The notes: a model not told the origin generated them from the sequence alone. 64,000 bases of DNA from Asterias rubens (GCF_902459465.1 NC_047077.1:1054001-1118000); one strand, 5' to 3'. Counted from the stretch's first letter, positions 1-13,719 are shown. Numbers and translations are program-made.

Positions 1-696
1 GACGGTGTTATATGGGCGCCACGGCCCTGCTTAGCTATTCACGCACAGTGGTCTGAATTTATAGCAGACGGCAATTTACGGCCGTACGCGTGTCTGATTG
101 TAGGTTCGGGTGTTGGCCAATGGGAGATGGTCTCTCATGATAATGAGACCAACCGTTCGTGTCCAATAATGAACACGATACCACTTTTCGCGCTCTCCCA
201 TCGATCAAAAATCACCCGGGCTAAAGCTTACAGGCTAGTGTCAAAATTCAGCCCGTCGGGGTCAGATTGTGTCAAAGAAGCAGTGATATTATGCATGTTC
301 AATCATAGCAAAATATATGTGGGTTTCTTTTAGGAAGACAAGGATTTAAAAGAAAGGTATGGGCCCTACGTTTGGTTATCACTCTCGGGTTAGAAGCACA
401 TACATCTTTCGATTTTAAAGATTTTTTTAAGCATAGAATTCCACTTTGAAGTAATGTAGTTATGCAAAAAAATAATTTGGTTATTCTTGTGCCCCAAAAT
501 TTAAATATGAGTTGCGCGACTGCTGTGTGATGCAGTCCTGTGTGCTACAATCAATTTATCCATTGAGTTATTATAGGGAATAGAATAAGCCTCATTTTTA
601 ATTGAATTTGTTTTTGTTTTTTTGCTTGTTGATTGTTTATTGTTGATGGTATGGTTGCTGTTGTTTATGTTTATTCGTTCTTTATTTATTGCTGAC

Positions 697-1083
697 TTAA
701 AGGCAGTGGACACTCTATTGGTAATTACTCAAACAATTTATTAGCATAAAAATTGGTAGCAAGTAATGGGGAGCTGTTGTTAGTATAAAACAAGTATGCA
801 GAAACGACTCCATCTGAAGCAACTTAGTTTTTGAGAAAGAAGTGTTTTTCAACGAATTTTGATTTCGAGACCTCATAATTAAACTTTGAAGTCTCGAAAT
901 CAAGCATCTATTTAAAGCACACAACTTCGTGTGACAAAGAGTATTTTTATTTCATTATTATCTCGCAACTTCGACGACAAATTGAGCTCAAAGTTTCACA
1001 TGTTTATTATTTTATGCTTGTTGAGATACACTAAGTGAGGAGACCGGTCTTTGACAATTATTACCAAACGTGTCCGTCTTTAA
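697..1083 (+). mobile_element. MITE family A (TTAA-flanked, Kolobok-type), diverged copy
   Basis: TTAA-AGGCAGTGGACAC left end and ...TTACCAAACGTGTCCGTCT-TTAA right end; body collinear with the 2235 copy. Confidence 0.9.
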
Positions 1084-1439
1084 TGGGAAAGCGTGCGTTC
1101 TATAATCAGTCTTAAAATTAATGTCGTTAACAAATTGTTCGTTAGGAGCCTACAACAGATTTCGATAGTGGCATTTTAAAGACAAGAAACACTTAATTGT
1201 GTGCAAATTTACTTTTTTATTAAGATTAAACAATCGAATTGTATATTATTTGGACCATCGATGCATATAGACTCCCAAAAACGTGATTGCATTTCATTGT
1301 GAAAGTAAATTTTTTAGTTTGCGAACTAATATTTATATTTTGAATGAGACGATATGCAGTAGAGCAACAAAGATTTTTATACAAACTTCACTATAAAATG
1401 CCCACCATGAGTTACCGTGCGTATTGCCTCATCCCCAGT

Positions 1440-1538
1440 TGTTCTCCGAAAATAATTTTTGTAACAGCGCCCTCCATTGTTGTTGAGAAATACAAATAAA
1501 CATACGGCGGCACATGTGCGAGAGTAATATTTTGACAG
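1440..1538 (+). other. Candidate first (non-coding) exon of a + strand transcript
   Basis: Donor GACAG|GTAGGT at 1539; start coordinate approximate; no transcript evidence. Confidence 0.3.
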
Positions 1539-2234
1539 GTAGGTTTAGGAGATGAAAATGTGAAGTGTTAAGTGGTATTGTTGCAAGTATAATATGATGC
1601 TTATTTTTGTTTAATACTAAGATTTGTTTGGGTGTTCCTGTCAGTCAAAAGTGTGAACAACTTATTTGTTTTTGACTCGACTGCACTAAGTTTGTAGCAT
1701 CGTACGTGAACAAGGTACGTCTACTGCAATGTACGGGACAGTGTCACATGCGTTTGACGGTGTAGTCCTAGTCCGAATTACTGCACCCAACAACGCATTT
1801 TTAAACACATTGACATTATCTGGCGGAGGTAGGGTCTAGCTAACCAACAATTCCATGTATTTGTTGGGGAACCTTTGTTGGTACCACTGGCACTGCCACA
1901 CTCATGGCTGCACATTGTTATTGTACAAAACTGTAATGTCAATGTCATAGTTTATTTACACCAACAAAAACATGACTAAATAAATCGGAAAAATTTTACG
2001 TCGTCGCCACCAACTTCCGGCGGATAAATTGGTGGCGACGTCCAGAAGATTATCCAATAAATCAAACAAGGAGTCAAATGACACAGTCAAAAATGCTCCA
2101 AATTAAAATCCAACAGACCTCTATATAATTAAAATAACTTTAAACAATGTACACTAGTGTTTTTATTACGATTTTGCCATACTCAGTATGCCTATAGTTA
2201 CCTGTAGTTACCTGACCTGTCTTTACGGGCTCTT

Positions 2235-2621
2235 TTAAAGGCAGTGGACACTATTGGTAATTACTCAACATAATTATTGGCATAAAACCTTTCTTGGTGA
2301 CGAGTTATGGGGAGAGGTTGATGGTATAAAACATTGTGAGAAATGGCTCCCTCTGAAGTGCCATAGTTTTCGAGAAAGAAGTAATATTCAACAAATTTGA
2401 TTTCGAGACCTCAGGTTTAGAACTTGAGGTCTCGAAATCAACCATCTAAACGCACACAACTTCGTGTTTACAAGGGTTATTTTTCTTTCATTATTATCTC
2501 GCAACTTTGATGACCGATTGAGCTCAAATTTTCACAGGTTTGTTATTTTATGCATGTGTTGAGATACACCAACTGTGAAGGCTAGTCTTTGACAATTACC
2601 AATAGTGTCCACTGCCTTTAA
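2235..2621 (+). mobile_element. MITE family A, near-intact copy
   Basis: 24-bp TIR AGGCAGTGGACACTATTGGTAATT / AATTACCAATAGTGTCCACTGCCT with TTAA on both sides. TTAA TSD plus purine-purine termini fits Kolobok rather than piggyBac (CCC/CCT termini). Confidence 0.95.
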
Positions 2622-3421
2622 GACCAAGTCCTATATAATAATGCCCACCTTATTTCACTCAAAATCCACTGCATGGGTTATCATGTTGTACAAGGATTAT
2701 AGTTTCAGTTCATACTATTACAAATCTGAACCATATCCAACTTGGATTGCCTTTGTTGTGTGTGGTTAGTGTAAAGTTCCCTGTATACAGTTAAAATAAA
2801 TAAATAAATGAGTGGTCCTTGAGTTCATGTTGTGTAGGCCTGAGCAACTTTGACACTATCACACTCATTTTTAATTCCAAAGATGCATTGCGGCATAATG
2901 TTTGTTGCCGGCGCATTAGTCATGTTAGTAAAATTCACGCTGAAAAAATCAATGGATTGTGTCAATGATGTCAGATTGTGTTTTGTAAGTAATTTATGTT
3001 GTCTTGACCAGTCCTGACCTGAGCGACACATTGGTTCACCAATAGGTAGTTGCGACTATTTTTGCAGCAGTCACATCTTTTTTTGGTAGTATTCAAGGCG
3101 GCATGATTCCCCATGTAGTTGAAAAACAGTAATCATGTCTTAACTAGTAAAATACAACACTAGTCACCAAGGCTTAATGTTGTGCTGTCTTTGGCACAAC
3201 ATAAACTGATGGCACTGTTCAAAATGTCCAATTTAAAAAAAAAAAATATTTGTTTAAGTTGGACATTTTGTACTGCCCCTCAAAATCTTGTTATTTTGTT
3301 GATGTCAAACAATGTTATGACTTCGTAAGCAATAACTCAGGAAATTAGGAGGTTTTTGCATACTCTTTCCAAACTTGGTTTGTGGACTGATTTTAAAGAC
3401 CTTTTATTTGTTGACCAGCCA

Positions 3422-3589
3422 CAGGCATGTAATTTCATATTGGTCAAGGCCACTTTCATTTTGCAAAGGGCACTTCATTTGGAATATCTGAAAGTCATGG
3501 GAAACATTTGAAGTGCACCAAGGCCTAACCCAAGGCCAACGGAGGCCTTGGCCTCTGTCCTCCGTGGCCTGCGTGTAACTCCAGGCCTG
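3422..3589 (+). mobile_element. Short dispersed repeat with CAGGC(A/C)TG ends (family D), diverged
   Basis: Ends CAGGCATG...CAGGCCTG; internal AAAGGGCAC/CACCAAGGC motifs shared with the 47867, 49318, 50171 and 59631 copies. Confidence 0.6.
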
Positions 3590-3638
3590 CAGCTAGGTTA
3601 ATTGTCAAGGAGATACTGCAGAGCATTTGTGTTTTCCA

Positions 3639-3896
3639 TTAAAGGCAGTGGACACTATTGGTAATTACTCAAAATAATTATTGGCATAAAACCTTTCTTG
3701 GCGACGAGTAATGGGGAGAGGTTGATGGTATGAAACATTGTGAGAAACGGCTCCCTCTGAAGTGCCATATTTTTCGAGAAAGAAGTAATTTTCCATGAAT
3801 TTGATTTCGAGACCTCAGATTTAGAACTTGAGGTCTCGAAATCAACCAACTAAAGGCTAGTCTTTGACAATTACAAATGGTGTCCACTGCCTTTAA
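3639..3896 (+). mobile_element. MITE family A, internal-deletion derivative (258 bp)
   Basis: Both TIRs and TTAA present; about 125 bp of the body missing between GAAATCAACCA and AAGGCTAGTCTT. Confidence 0.95.
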
Positions 3897-4011
3897 CACA
3901 ACTTTTGTTGTTCATTTATTACGGCACTATTGCTAACTTGCGCACCAAGTAGTGTAAGATTTATGACTGTGTGTGTAATCATTGTCGATTTGAAATTTGT
4001 TATCACTTCAG

Positions 4012-4190
4012 GAATTGGTTTGCACTTCGGTCAGGAATCAACAGGCATGAGACTCAACAGACTGTGGACTGGTGTTGGGCGCTTCAATGCCAAGATGTGA
4101 ATGTGGAACCTTGCGGAGGATCCAGCCTGAGCCTCACACAATCACACTGCATATTGACCAGCAATATCTCATGTGTAACCTACATGTAAG
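4012..4190 (+). other. Candidate internal exon (179 bp), non-coding or decayed
   Basis: Acceptor TATCACTTCAG| and donor AAG|GTGAGT; all three frames contain a stop. Confidence 0.55.
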
Positions 4191-4323
4191 GTGAGTTTAC
4201 ATTTTTTTAAAGAGATGGATTGTTAAACAGTTTTTTTTCACCCCCTGAACAAAATATAGTTTTCAACTAACAAATGACTTGTTCTCAATATTTATTCCCC
4301 CTCCTTTTGCAGAGGTCTCAACT

Positions 4324-5025
4324 TTAACCCTAGCCCTAGCTGAGCCTGTAAAATCCTAGCCCATATAGCCCACTTTATCCAAACCTCGACCCAAACCCTA
4401 GCCATCGGCCCAAACTCCAGCCCTCGGCCCAACCCCCAGCCCTCAACCCAACCCCTAGCCCTCAGCCCAAACCCCAGCCCTCAACCCAACCCCTACCTCT
4501 CAGCCCAACCCCTAGCCCTCAACCCTACCTCTAGCCCTCAGCCCAGCTCCTAGCCCTCAACCCACCTCCTACTTTTCAACCGAACCCTAGCCCTCTTCCA
4601 AACCCCTAGCCCTCAGCCCAAACCCTAGCCCTCGGCCAAAACTTAGCCCTCACCCCAAACCTTAGCCCTCAACCCAAACCCTTGCCCTTAGCACAACCCC
4701 TAGCCCTTAACCCAACCCCTAGCCCTCAGCCTGAACCCTAGCCCTTCCAGCCGAAACCCTGGCCCTGAAGCCGAAACCCAAGCCCTCAAACCAACCCCCA
4801 ACCTCGGCCCAAACTCAAGCCCTCAACCAATTGCTTAGTCCTCAACCCAAGCCCTAGCCCTCAGACCAACCCCTAGCCTTCGACACAAACCTAGCCATCC
4901 ACCGAAACCCTAGTCCTCAACCCAACCCCTAGACCAGAGTCCATCAAACCCCTAGCCCATGGCCAAACCACTAGCCCTCGGCCCAACCACTAGCCCTCAA
5001 ACCTAGCCCCCAAACCCTAGCCCCC
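4324..5025. repeat. Telomere-like C-rich minisatellite, unit about 19 bp (AACCCCTAGCCCTCAGCCC)
   Basis: About 700 bp of recurring AACCC/TAGCCC/CAGCCC blocks. Confidence 0.9.
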
Positions 5026-5083
5026 CTACATGTATAGTCAATAAAAGTCGGATACTTAAATCTCTCTTTTTCGTCATTTTGAT

Positions 5084-5465
5084 TTAAAGGCAGTGGACAG
5101 TAATTACTCAAAATAATTATTAGCATAAAACCTTTCTTAGGGACGAGAAATGGGGAGAGTTTGATGGTATAAAACATTGTTAGAAACGGCTCCCTCTGAA
5201 GTGCCATAGTTTTCGAGAAAGAAGTAATTGTCCACGAATTTGATTTCGAGACCTCGGATTTAGAACTTGAGGTCTCGAAATCAACCATCTAAGCACACAC
5301 AACTTCGTGTGACTACAGGGTGTTTTTTCTTTCATTATTATCTCGCAAGTTCGATGACCGATTGAGCTCAAATTTTCACAGGTTTGTTGTTTTATGCATA
5401 TGTTGAGATACATCAACTGTGAAGGCTAGTCTTTGACAATTACCAATAGTGTCCACTGCCTTTAA
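5084..5465 (+). mobile_element. MITE family A, near-intact copy
   Basis: TTAA-AGGCAGTGGAC...GTCCACTGCCT-TTAA. Confidence 0.95.
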
Positions 5466-5675
5466 ACATATTCCCGTCTCATTGTAGATTGTTATGGCCC
5501 TCATACAAGTTTTCTGCAGTTGAAGCCTGTGACTTGAGACTCAATTATCCATATGAATACAAGTTTGTTTTTAGCATAGAAAGTGTGCTACCATGTAGCT
5601 CACCACTATATTCCTCTGTATAGTTTTTTCCCCATTTACATTTTTTATTTTACTGTTATTTGTTGTCAATTGCAG

Positions 5676-5818
5676 CAAAGGCACCCACAGCAGGCGATCT
5701 AATTGTATGGGGCAGCAAGTTGCTTCACACTTTTTGATATGGAGTCTGCTTGTTGATTGTTCACCAGATGGATGGCACTGTGATCTATTGGAGCTCCAAA
5801 CAATGACCCTAAAGAAAG
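5676..5818 (+). other. Candidate internal exon (143 bp)
   Basis: T-rich tract plus TTGCAG| acceptor; donor AAAG|GTAAGT; one frame open (KGTHSRRSNC...MTLKK). Confidence 0.55.
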
Positions 5819-6072
5819 GTAAGTGTTTTTTTTAGTAAGTAAGAGTTGTAGTCGAGACCCGATAGTCCGAGACCATTAGACTGAAAACTGACGGTCCAAG
5901 AATGAGACCGGCAAAACCGACCTCGACACCGTGTCTGGAGACCTGCGACACTGTTTGTGTGGTGCATGAACTGACTCCTCAGCATCTTCCAAATGATGTT
6001 TCTACAAGTTCCTTGTCTTTAGAGGTTGCAATCAATCTGCTGCAGACATACACAAAGACGTATGGGATAAGA

Positions 6073-6325
6073 CCACTGGACTCTGGTATTTCTGATCAGC
6101 AGAGTGTGGGTTCGAGTCCCGGTCCTGACACTTGAACTGAGTCCCGGTTGTGTGTCCTTAAACCAAGACACTTAACCATTGTTCATGTGTCATTGGGATT
6201 GGACATAAAGCCAGAGGTTCTGTGTGTTGTGTAGTGCGTGTAAAAGAATTCAGTGCACATTTTGAAGAGAGAACGGGTTCACTCTGGTTTGATAAGCTGC
6301 AAATTGCGTCACAGCACCATTTTCA
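6073..6325 (+). mobile_element. tRNA-derived SINE (family S1), 3'-truncated
   Basis: B-box GGTTCGAGTCC at 6109-6119; head and core collinear with the 20772 copy. Confidence 0.85.
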
Positions 6326-9300
6326 TCCTTCAAGAGGCACTGAATTATTCTGCCAAACCTCCAAATAAATCTGAAGGTTGTAGGAAAAGTCCATTGAAAC
6401 AGTGCAGTATATTGTTGAGAGCTGGCTTTTAATCTTATTACTGCTGTTGAAAAATCAAAAAGAAGAAGAAATGGGGATAAATAATAAGTTCAGCGCCACT
6501 GATCCCCACAGTGACATCTGTGAAACATAAATAGCGCCCTCTGTCGTCACACAGCTTTAATTTTGCAGCCTTTATTTAGCCCCAACCTCTTGCTTTGTCC
6601 TCTGCTAAAACACTCTCCCTTTTTAGAAACCTTGGGCTCCCCTGGGTTTAATTTGGTCAGCAATTCAGTGAGCACCTATGGTTAGTAGTTTAAGTAGGGT
6701 TTTTACATTGACTATTTGAAACAAACATAAAAGTATGCACCAGAATTTATTTTTTCGATTTTCAGAACATGTTTTAAGGAGGGACATTTCTATTTCTCAA
6801 CACACTTGAGAGTTTATTTTTTCATTTCTCATGGTCTAGCCCATGTATCAGTTTATATTTGCAGCCATTGCACCTGTGCAGCCAGTCTATTAGGCTGTGT
6901 GACATTGGTCTTTAAAGTACCCGCCTGTCTGAGATTACCATCTGTTTTGGGGCACTTATTCCAAGCACAAGGGCAATTCCATCGTTACACACACTAGGAT
7001 TTTGATGTGCTTTTGAGATTCCCTGTAATTAATTATTGGCTGTAAATAGACGATGTGACCTGTGACATCACATGTTTACAAAAGAGCCACAGAGCCTTGA
7101 CTTCCTGCGGGCAGGATTTGTACACAGCCTAATGGAAGAAATCATACAATCTTATATATGGAGATTGCGCTGTCTAATTTTTATAAACTTTTGATATGAT
7201 GAAAGGGGGCACATCTCAAAACTTGTCCAGCTTTTACTTTCATAACTCTTGGTTTATGTAGAAATTATGACACAAAATGTAAACTTTCCCATATGACCTG
7301 TGTAGTATCTTGCCCGCAAGAATACTGAAAGAGTGTACAAGGTCACACTTATTGTAAACAAAGTTCACATGGTATATACCAGAATACTAAAAATGTTAAA
7401 TCACTGTGATTCCTGTTATGGCAGACAGAGTAAACCTAGACCAAGGATGACATCTAGAAAAAAATGTGTCATGTAAAAGACAAACAACAATAATTGTTTT
7501 CTCTCGAAAATGTCCGCAATTATAACATGATTAACCAGGTTTGTGTGTGAACCCCTTTCTGTCTTGAACCCCTCTCACACAAGAGCAATTTTAGCAATGG
7601 GTAAACATGTATAAATGGGTCCGTCCACACTTATATGCGTCTTTTTTGTATCCAAAAGATCTTTTTTGGGGCTGTGACTGGGAGGGCACACATAGGCACA
7701 GTTTCCCCTTTATTTTAGTATTTTGTATATTTCTTAGCTGATGTTGATTGTGCTTACCAAACAGTATCAACAATTTCTTACTAAGATACAAATTTGTATT
7801 GGGATCGACTAGAATGATGACAGATACAAATAGTTAATGAATCGATTTACTCAAAAGTTAATCTAGTTAGACCCATTGCCCTGATTTTCTGTTGTCCAAG
7901 ACATCTTTCTTGACATGTCTTCAAGGGGCTGACCTGCCAAAAATTAAGTCTGAAGTTTAGGGGCCTAGTTGTCGAAAATGTTTCAAAAGAGGCTGAGCGA
8001 TTTAAATCTTAGCATTGGTTGTTATGGGAAGTAGACTAGTGTGGTGCACACAGACTGTAAGGTTGCCAGGGAGCCCTCTGTTGTCTAACACGGGATAGGC
8101 AGCGGCAACTGATCCTCACTTTGAACAAGTCAGAGACTAGACTATCATTAAGTATGAACAGCGCCCCCACTATCCACTTGGCACTCCATCCACAGTGTTC
8201 CCATTTTTTAACACACAGTTTTCCTATTGTAAAGAAGTAGACCCACCCCCAAGACCTGAATATCATTCACGAGATTCTAACCAATGAAGACTACTTTAGC
8301 AAGGGGGAGGGGAGGGGCGGGGGGGGGGTCCACCTTGCTCCCACATCGAGCGCCACATGTACACTAATTTTGAGGGTTTGTGTTTAATACTTATTTGGGT
8401 TAGTTAAATCTTCACTTTAATTTTCCTCGTTTTACCCTCTCATATCGACGGTCAACAATTTTATTAACATCATCAATTTGTTTACTGCTCCCAAAATTAC
8501 ACTTGAATAATTGATAAATATGATAAAAGACCAGGCAGTAATGGAAGTAAAGTGCATGACACGAGGATGGGCGCTTGTATGAAACATGGCTGCCTATAAA
8601 GCTTTGAAATAGTGAATGGGTTTATTGTCAAATGAATATCTTCGCAGTAGCTGGTCCCTTCTCCTTAGGGTAGTTGATAAAGTTGCTTCATGTGCCCAAG
8701 CAGCTCTTTGGAATTGGCCCCACAGGTAACCTCCACAACGTATTTCGAGTTTAAGTTCTAACTAAAAGACTGTTTATAAAGTTGGTACTGAGTTTGCTGG
8801 TTCAGAAACGTTTATCTATAGACACCTTTTGCAGACTTGCTAGAACCTGTCCTATTGGGGATAGCGTATGTAGATCAGATATATCAGATCAGAAAATGTT
8901 GGTGAGGAATAGTGCCTGTGATAATACAAGCATGGCATTGGAGAATCAGAGAATGTCGAAAGGGCCGTCGCAGATTGGAATTGTGAGCTAATTTTTGTGT
9001 TGAAACAGCTCTGAAATTGGGCCCAGCTTTTAACTGAAAGTTCTATTTTGAAATCCAGTGACGATGGTACAGCACCCCAAATTCACTGTGAGAAATAACA
9101 ATACTTTACGTACAAAGCAAACCACTGGCAATGACAAGGGTGCAAAAGAATGCTTCATGTTGCCAGAGTTAACCCCAAAGATCCTTGGATGACAGAATGG
9201 TTTCGCAGTAGCGAACTATACTGCCAAAGAAATTCGTCCTTCGTTTTTGATATTTTTCCTGAGCAACAAAGTAATCAGCCGGACCTTTCAACACTATAAA

Positions 9301-10450
9301 CAGTTCCAACCCTGAAAAAATGCACATCTCGTTCATGCTCTCTAAAGCTCACTTAAATAAACCACAAAGATGTGTTTTCGGAGCCGAATAATACAGTCTT
9401 TAATGGCTTGTCACATTTTGACAGCGTTGTACTTAACCTGTGTCAATAAAATCAAACGTTGAGTACTGTATATAGAGGGTGTGCCGATTTGATCTTCTCG
9501 TAGACAATAATAATTCCCATTTGACGAGAGCGATTTGTGAGAAATTAAAGCAAACCCTTTGCCTCATGGGGGAATGTTGCCTATATACAAGCTTTACTTC
9601 TTAAATGGATCCCTCGATCGACAGTGTCACTTTTGCTTTGCATTATAGTTTTTCAAACATATTATAGAATATTGAGAATTATTACATTTGGTAATGACTT
9701 CTAGTTTATATTAACATCACAATTTCGCTTTTTGATAGTGTGGGCATAAATTAACATTGAACCTTGAAAGTTGAAACTGTGCCTACTCATAGTTTCTTAG
9801 TTTGTATGTTGGAGAGAAAATTCGGCAGCATCCCCCAGCATCTCGGGTTGGCTTTCAGGGCACCTTCTGGCCACACCAAGCGACCGGTAACATGTATCGA
9901 TCACAACCTTTCTCAGGGTATATTTTGTTCGGGTGGGAAGTGCAAATCGACGGCAGCGTGAACTGTGTCTGGCCCCCACCGGGAGCTGTGCCACGTCAAC
10001 TTACGTGATCGGTCATGTGATGTCTGATTTATGTCTGTTTTAGAGCCATGGAAAAAAACAGACAACCTCAAGATTATCTAGTTTCTAAACCTAAATGAAA
10101 GCCTCAAAACGGAGGGGGAAGGGGGGGGGGGTGTCATAGTACTAGTACCGTAATCGTGACTTTGGGATGGTTGGCTTCCAAGTTGAAGTATTTTGGATGA
10201 CTTATAGGCCCTGAACGGTAGTCCCATTTGCACTTGGTTTTGAATTAGCTGTGCTCAATTTGAATATTGGGCCAGTCGTTTTTACAATTTATGTTTATGG
10301 TTGCCCTTTCTGAAGTTGTCACTTTCTTGATAACATCACCAAACGCAATGATTAACTGAAGTCATCATAGCGACCATGTGCCCGTTGTCTCTTGCATGAA
10401 TTTCCTTTGGCCCAGTCAGAGTTGATATTTCTTTTGTTTCCCTATTTCAG

Positions 10451-10547
10451 CGAGGACCTTAGCAGCTATGCACACTCAACAGACTAAAAATGTTTCAACG
10501 GAGGAGTCACCGTCAGACGTCCAGGACACCGTTTCTCGCAAACATGG
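10451..10547 (+). CDS. Candidate exon with possible start codon (MHTQQTKNVSTEESPSDVQDTVSRKH-)
   Basis: Acceptor TTTCCCTATTTCAG|, donor TGG|GTGAGT, one open frame containing ATG; product unknown. Confidence 0.4.
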
Positions 10548-10987
10548 GTGAGTTTTCCCTTTTTTAATTGTCACTGAAAAAGTATGATTCATTTATTCTG
10601 TTGTTTGTATTATCAGTGTTTTTTTTTTAGCGCTGTTGCCATACTTTTTTTTGAATCAAACGTGTCCAAAGCATTGGTGGGGTACATCCCAAACCGTGGT
10701 AATAACTTAAACCAATGGTCGGTGCAGATTTATTGGCTGTGCTAATAAGCGAAGCACTTTACCCTAAATCTTACCCAAAATCTAGCCCTAAACCAACCAA
10801 AGCCTTAAGTTTAGCCCAAACCCTAGCCTATCCTCACCCCCGCCCTAATTAATTATATCTCTGACCCTAACCCATAAGTCACCGCAATGGGTCAACGATC
10901 GACGATAGGGGCAGTTTAGTTGGTGTTGCCATCCTGAGGTTTCCCCGTGTCCAGTAGGTATTCATTATCTGTGTAATAGTAACATCG

Positions 10988-11130
10988 CAAGTCCGGATGG
11001 CCACTTCAAATGAGTTGTCACTAGGGGCACGTTGCCACCTATTCTGGGGCTGAAACAGGGTAACATCCTTCCCAGTCCGTTATAGGTATGGGTATCATCC
11101 AGCCTGGCTGGTATGGAGCAGAATGCACTT
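10988..11130 (+). repeat. Unclassified dispersed repeat family R (GGGGCTGAAACAGGG motif), deleted copy
   Basis: Matches 48653-49108 and the reverse complement of 60962-61135. Confidence 0.75.
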
Positions 11131-11771
11131 CACCTTTTCCAGCAACTTTTCAGCATTTCTTGTTTGTAAATAATAGAGAGACAGTCATCGCGTTTGTAGA
11201 AGGTGTGCTTTAGGGAATAATTCACGAACATGATTCGTGAAGAATGGAAGAGTTTTATATAAATAATGACAATAAACATCGATATATCCAAGCTGGACCC
11301 GTATCTTTTCATGAAGATGTCATAATTATGAACCAATGTCAACTAAATGGTATTATGTTTAAATCAAAAGCCGAGGATAAGACCGGAAACTCTGTCACAT
11401 TTTTCAAGGATCAGTTTCACTTTTACGTCATGTGCCTTATGTTTTTTTACGTTGTAACTATGTCCTTTATTAGTTTTTCATCGTTGAACCCTTTTCGTCA
11501 TGGTTGAGTTGAGCCGGTGCCGTCTTCAATTAGTAGCAGGGCAGACTATACACTTCAAGTTGGGCTGTTGTTCCAATCATCTGGTCATTTGTTTATGGTT
11601 ATTACCGCACCATTAAGCACGTCAGGCAGGATGGTGCCTGCAGCCTCCATTCACTTTGTATTACTCGTGCTGCTGATCTCACATGGTTTGCATTTTGCAG
11701 AAAATAAATGCCACATTTCTGCAGTTTTTTTGGTTGTGAATTTGATCCTATAATAATCCATGCTGAACCTG

Positions 11772-11964
11772 GGCCCAATTTTATAGAGCTGCTTTTATTT
11801 TAAAGCACAACGTGTAGCTAACGAACAACAAAATTATGCTACCAACCGAATTACCTTGAAACATGTACAATTCGTGACTGGTATCCTGCTCATTTCTGCT
11901 TAGCAGAAACTTGTTTAAGCAATATGCTCTGCTCTTATTAAGGCATGCTTTATGAAATTTGGCC
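11772..11964 (+). mobile_element. Harbinger/PIF-type MITE (family H1)
   Basis: TIR GGCCCAATTTTATAGAGC / GCTTTATGAAATTTGGCC, flanked by CTG and CAG (CWG target). Confidence 0.8.
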
Positions 11965-13719
11965 CAGATGTATTTTAAAGTCAGTATAAAACCGCCTGTA
12001 TTTTTCTACTTGCAAGGTCTGACTCATTTCATTTAACCTTATAAGGTAGTGTTTGTGGGGGCGGGAATATCACTTGTAATTGTACAGTAACCTTGTGTTT
12101 GAACATTGTATGGATGTATTCAAACCGAGGCTTGGGGATCTTTAGTCTGGTGCATTTTGTTGTGAACATAAGTGCTTGTATTTTCATCGTCAGGGGCAAC
12201 GACAGGTTTGAAAAAGGTCGCCACATTATCTTGGGGTCAAGTCTGTCAGTTCCTATCCATTTACATGTAAGATTAGCATTTTGTTTGGTCCGTAAATGTC
12301 ATTATAAAAGGTGGTTTGAGACCAGCATCGGAAAAGCAACTGACATCTTAGCAGCGTCCCAACGGGCGCGTACCTCAGCGACGGGTAACCCTCGATTCAA
12401 ATTGCCCGTAAAATGCCGTCCGTTTGAGTTTGATCAGAAACCCTCCAGAGACCTGAAGTCCGTATAGCGGGGATTCAGTTAAACCTTAATTCAATTCAAC
12501 GATTTGATAAAGCACCCACGCAGAGGTCTAGTAGTTTATTTCTTCCTGTATGGTGGCGAGACGGGCTTGGAAATTTGAGGGATTGTGGTCAGGTTGGAAC
12601 CCTGTAGCCATCAAAACAGCACACAGTTTGAGCGATTTATCTCAGGTTTCATTTTGACGTTGTAGTGTTCACTGGGAGAGCTCCCCGGTACAATTTACGA
12701 GAGGGTTTGCTTGAAAGCGCGTAATAATGATGAAATTTACATTCATGACATCGTGGCGACCGCTCATCTCCCAGGGAGAGCTAGCCGGCGTCGGGCCACG
12801 CGACTGCCCCGCACACGAACCAACTAAAGACACGAGCCGGTCTTTTTAAGGCAGCCCAGAGTTCACGCACCAGTGAAATGATACTATTTATACTCTAACT
12901 AAAATATCCCGCGGGACTGATATATAATATGTTATGTCCATTAGTTTACATAAGGTCACGTGGAAAATCCCGTTCCGCGGCATGCTAATATGATGAATTT
13001 CTCCCCCCACAAAATATGCCAGGGCTTCTTTTGACGTCAGAGCGGTTGCCAGGCGACGGGAGTCTGGTTAGAAATGATGCCGGCCAAGGCCATGATGCTA
13101 AGGCGAGCCCGTGAGTGCCGCGTACAAACCGGCAATGCCGGAAGAGTTTTAACACTTGCAAGAACCCGTGTCTTTTGTCCTCGGAAGGCGATGTAATGAA
13201 AAAATACTCACCAGTCGCTGTGGCCACACCTCAAACCAGAAAACACCCCCACCTACATTCACACGTATAAACTGTATCAATATGATGCCGTTTTATTTAA
13301 CAGACCGAACGGGTGAAAATAGGCAAACCCATTTTATCGTAGCATACCAAGCGCCAATTTTAAGCAGAACTCACAATTTGTTTCAATTTAATAGATGTTG
13401 AATTTGCATTGTGGATAAAGAATATTAATTTTGGTTGTTACCCACAACAACGATGTGTGTTAGCACTGTATACTCAGTACTGTTTATTACGTTATTACTG
13501 TTTCAATTTATTGGGATCTCGCCATTCTTTCAAAACGATGTTTGTTTTGGCATCTTCTATGAACCCTATTTTAGAGACAACTATAATATGCGAACGCTCG
13601 TTTATGTTAAACCATACAAAATACAAACCTAACAAAATTTGTTGGTGAAATGGCACATGTTATTTCATCAAAGGTTGTTGACTTTTTTATTATAGGAAAG
13701 CCGAGAGAAAAGTAGTGTC

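Noticed and set aside
4971-5288. Recurring MVDFETSSSKSEVSKSNSW ORFs (also 3655, 28189, 44094 and others) as a gene family
   Set aside because: All lie within non-coding MITE family A; stops and frameshifts vary between copies, and there is no transposase motif
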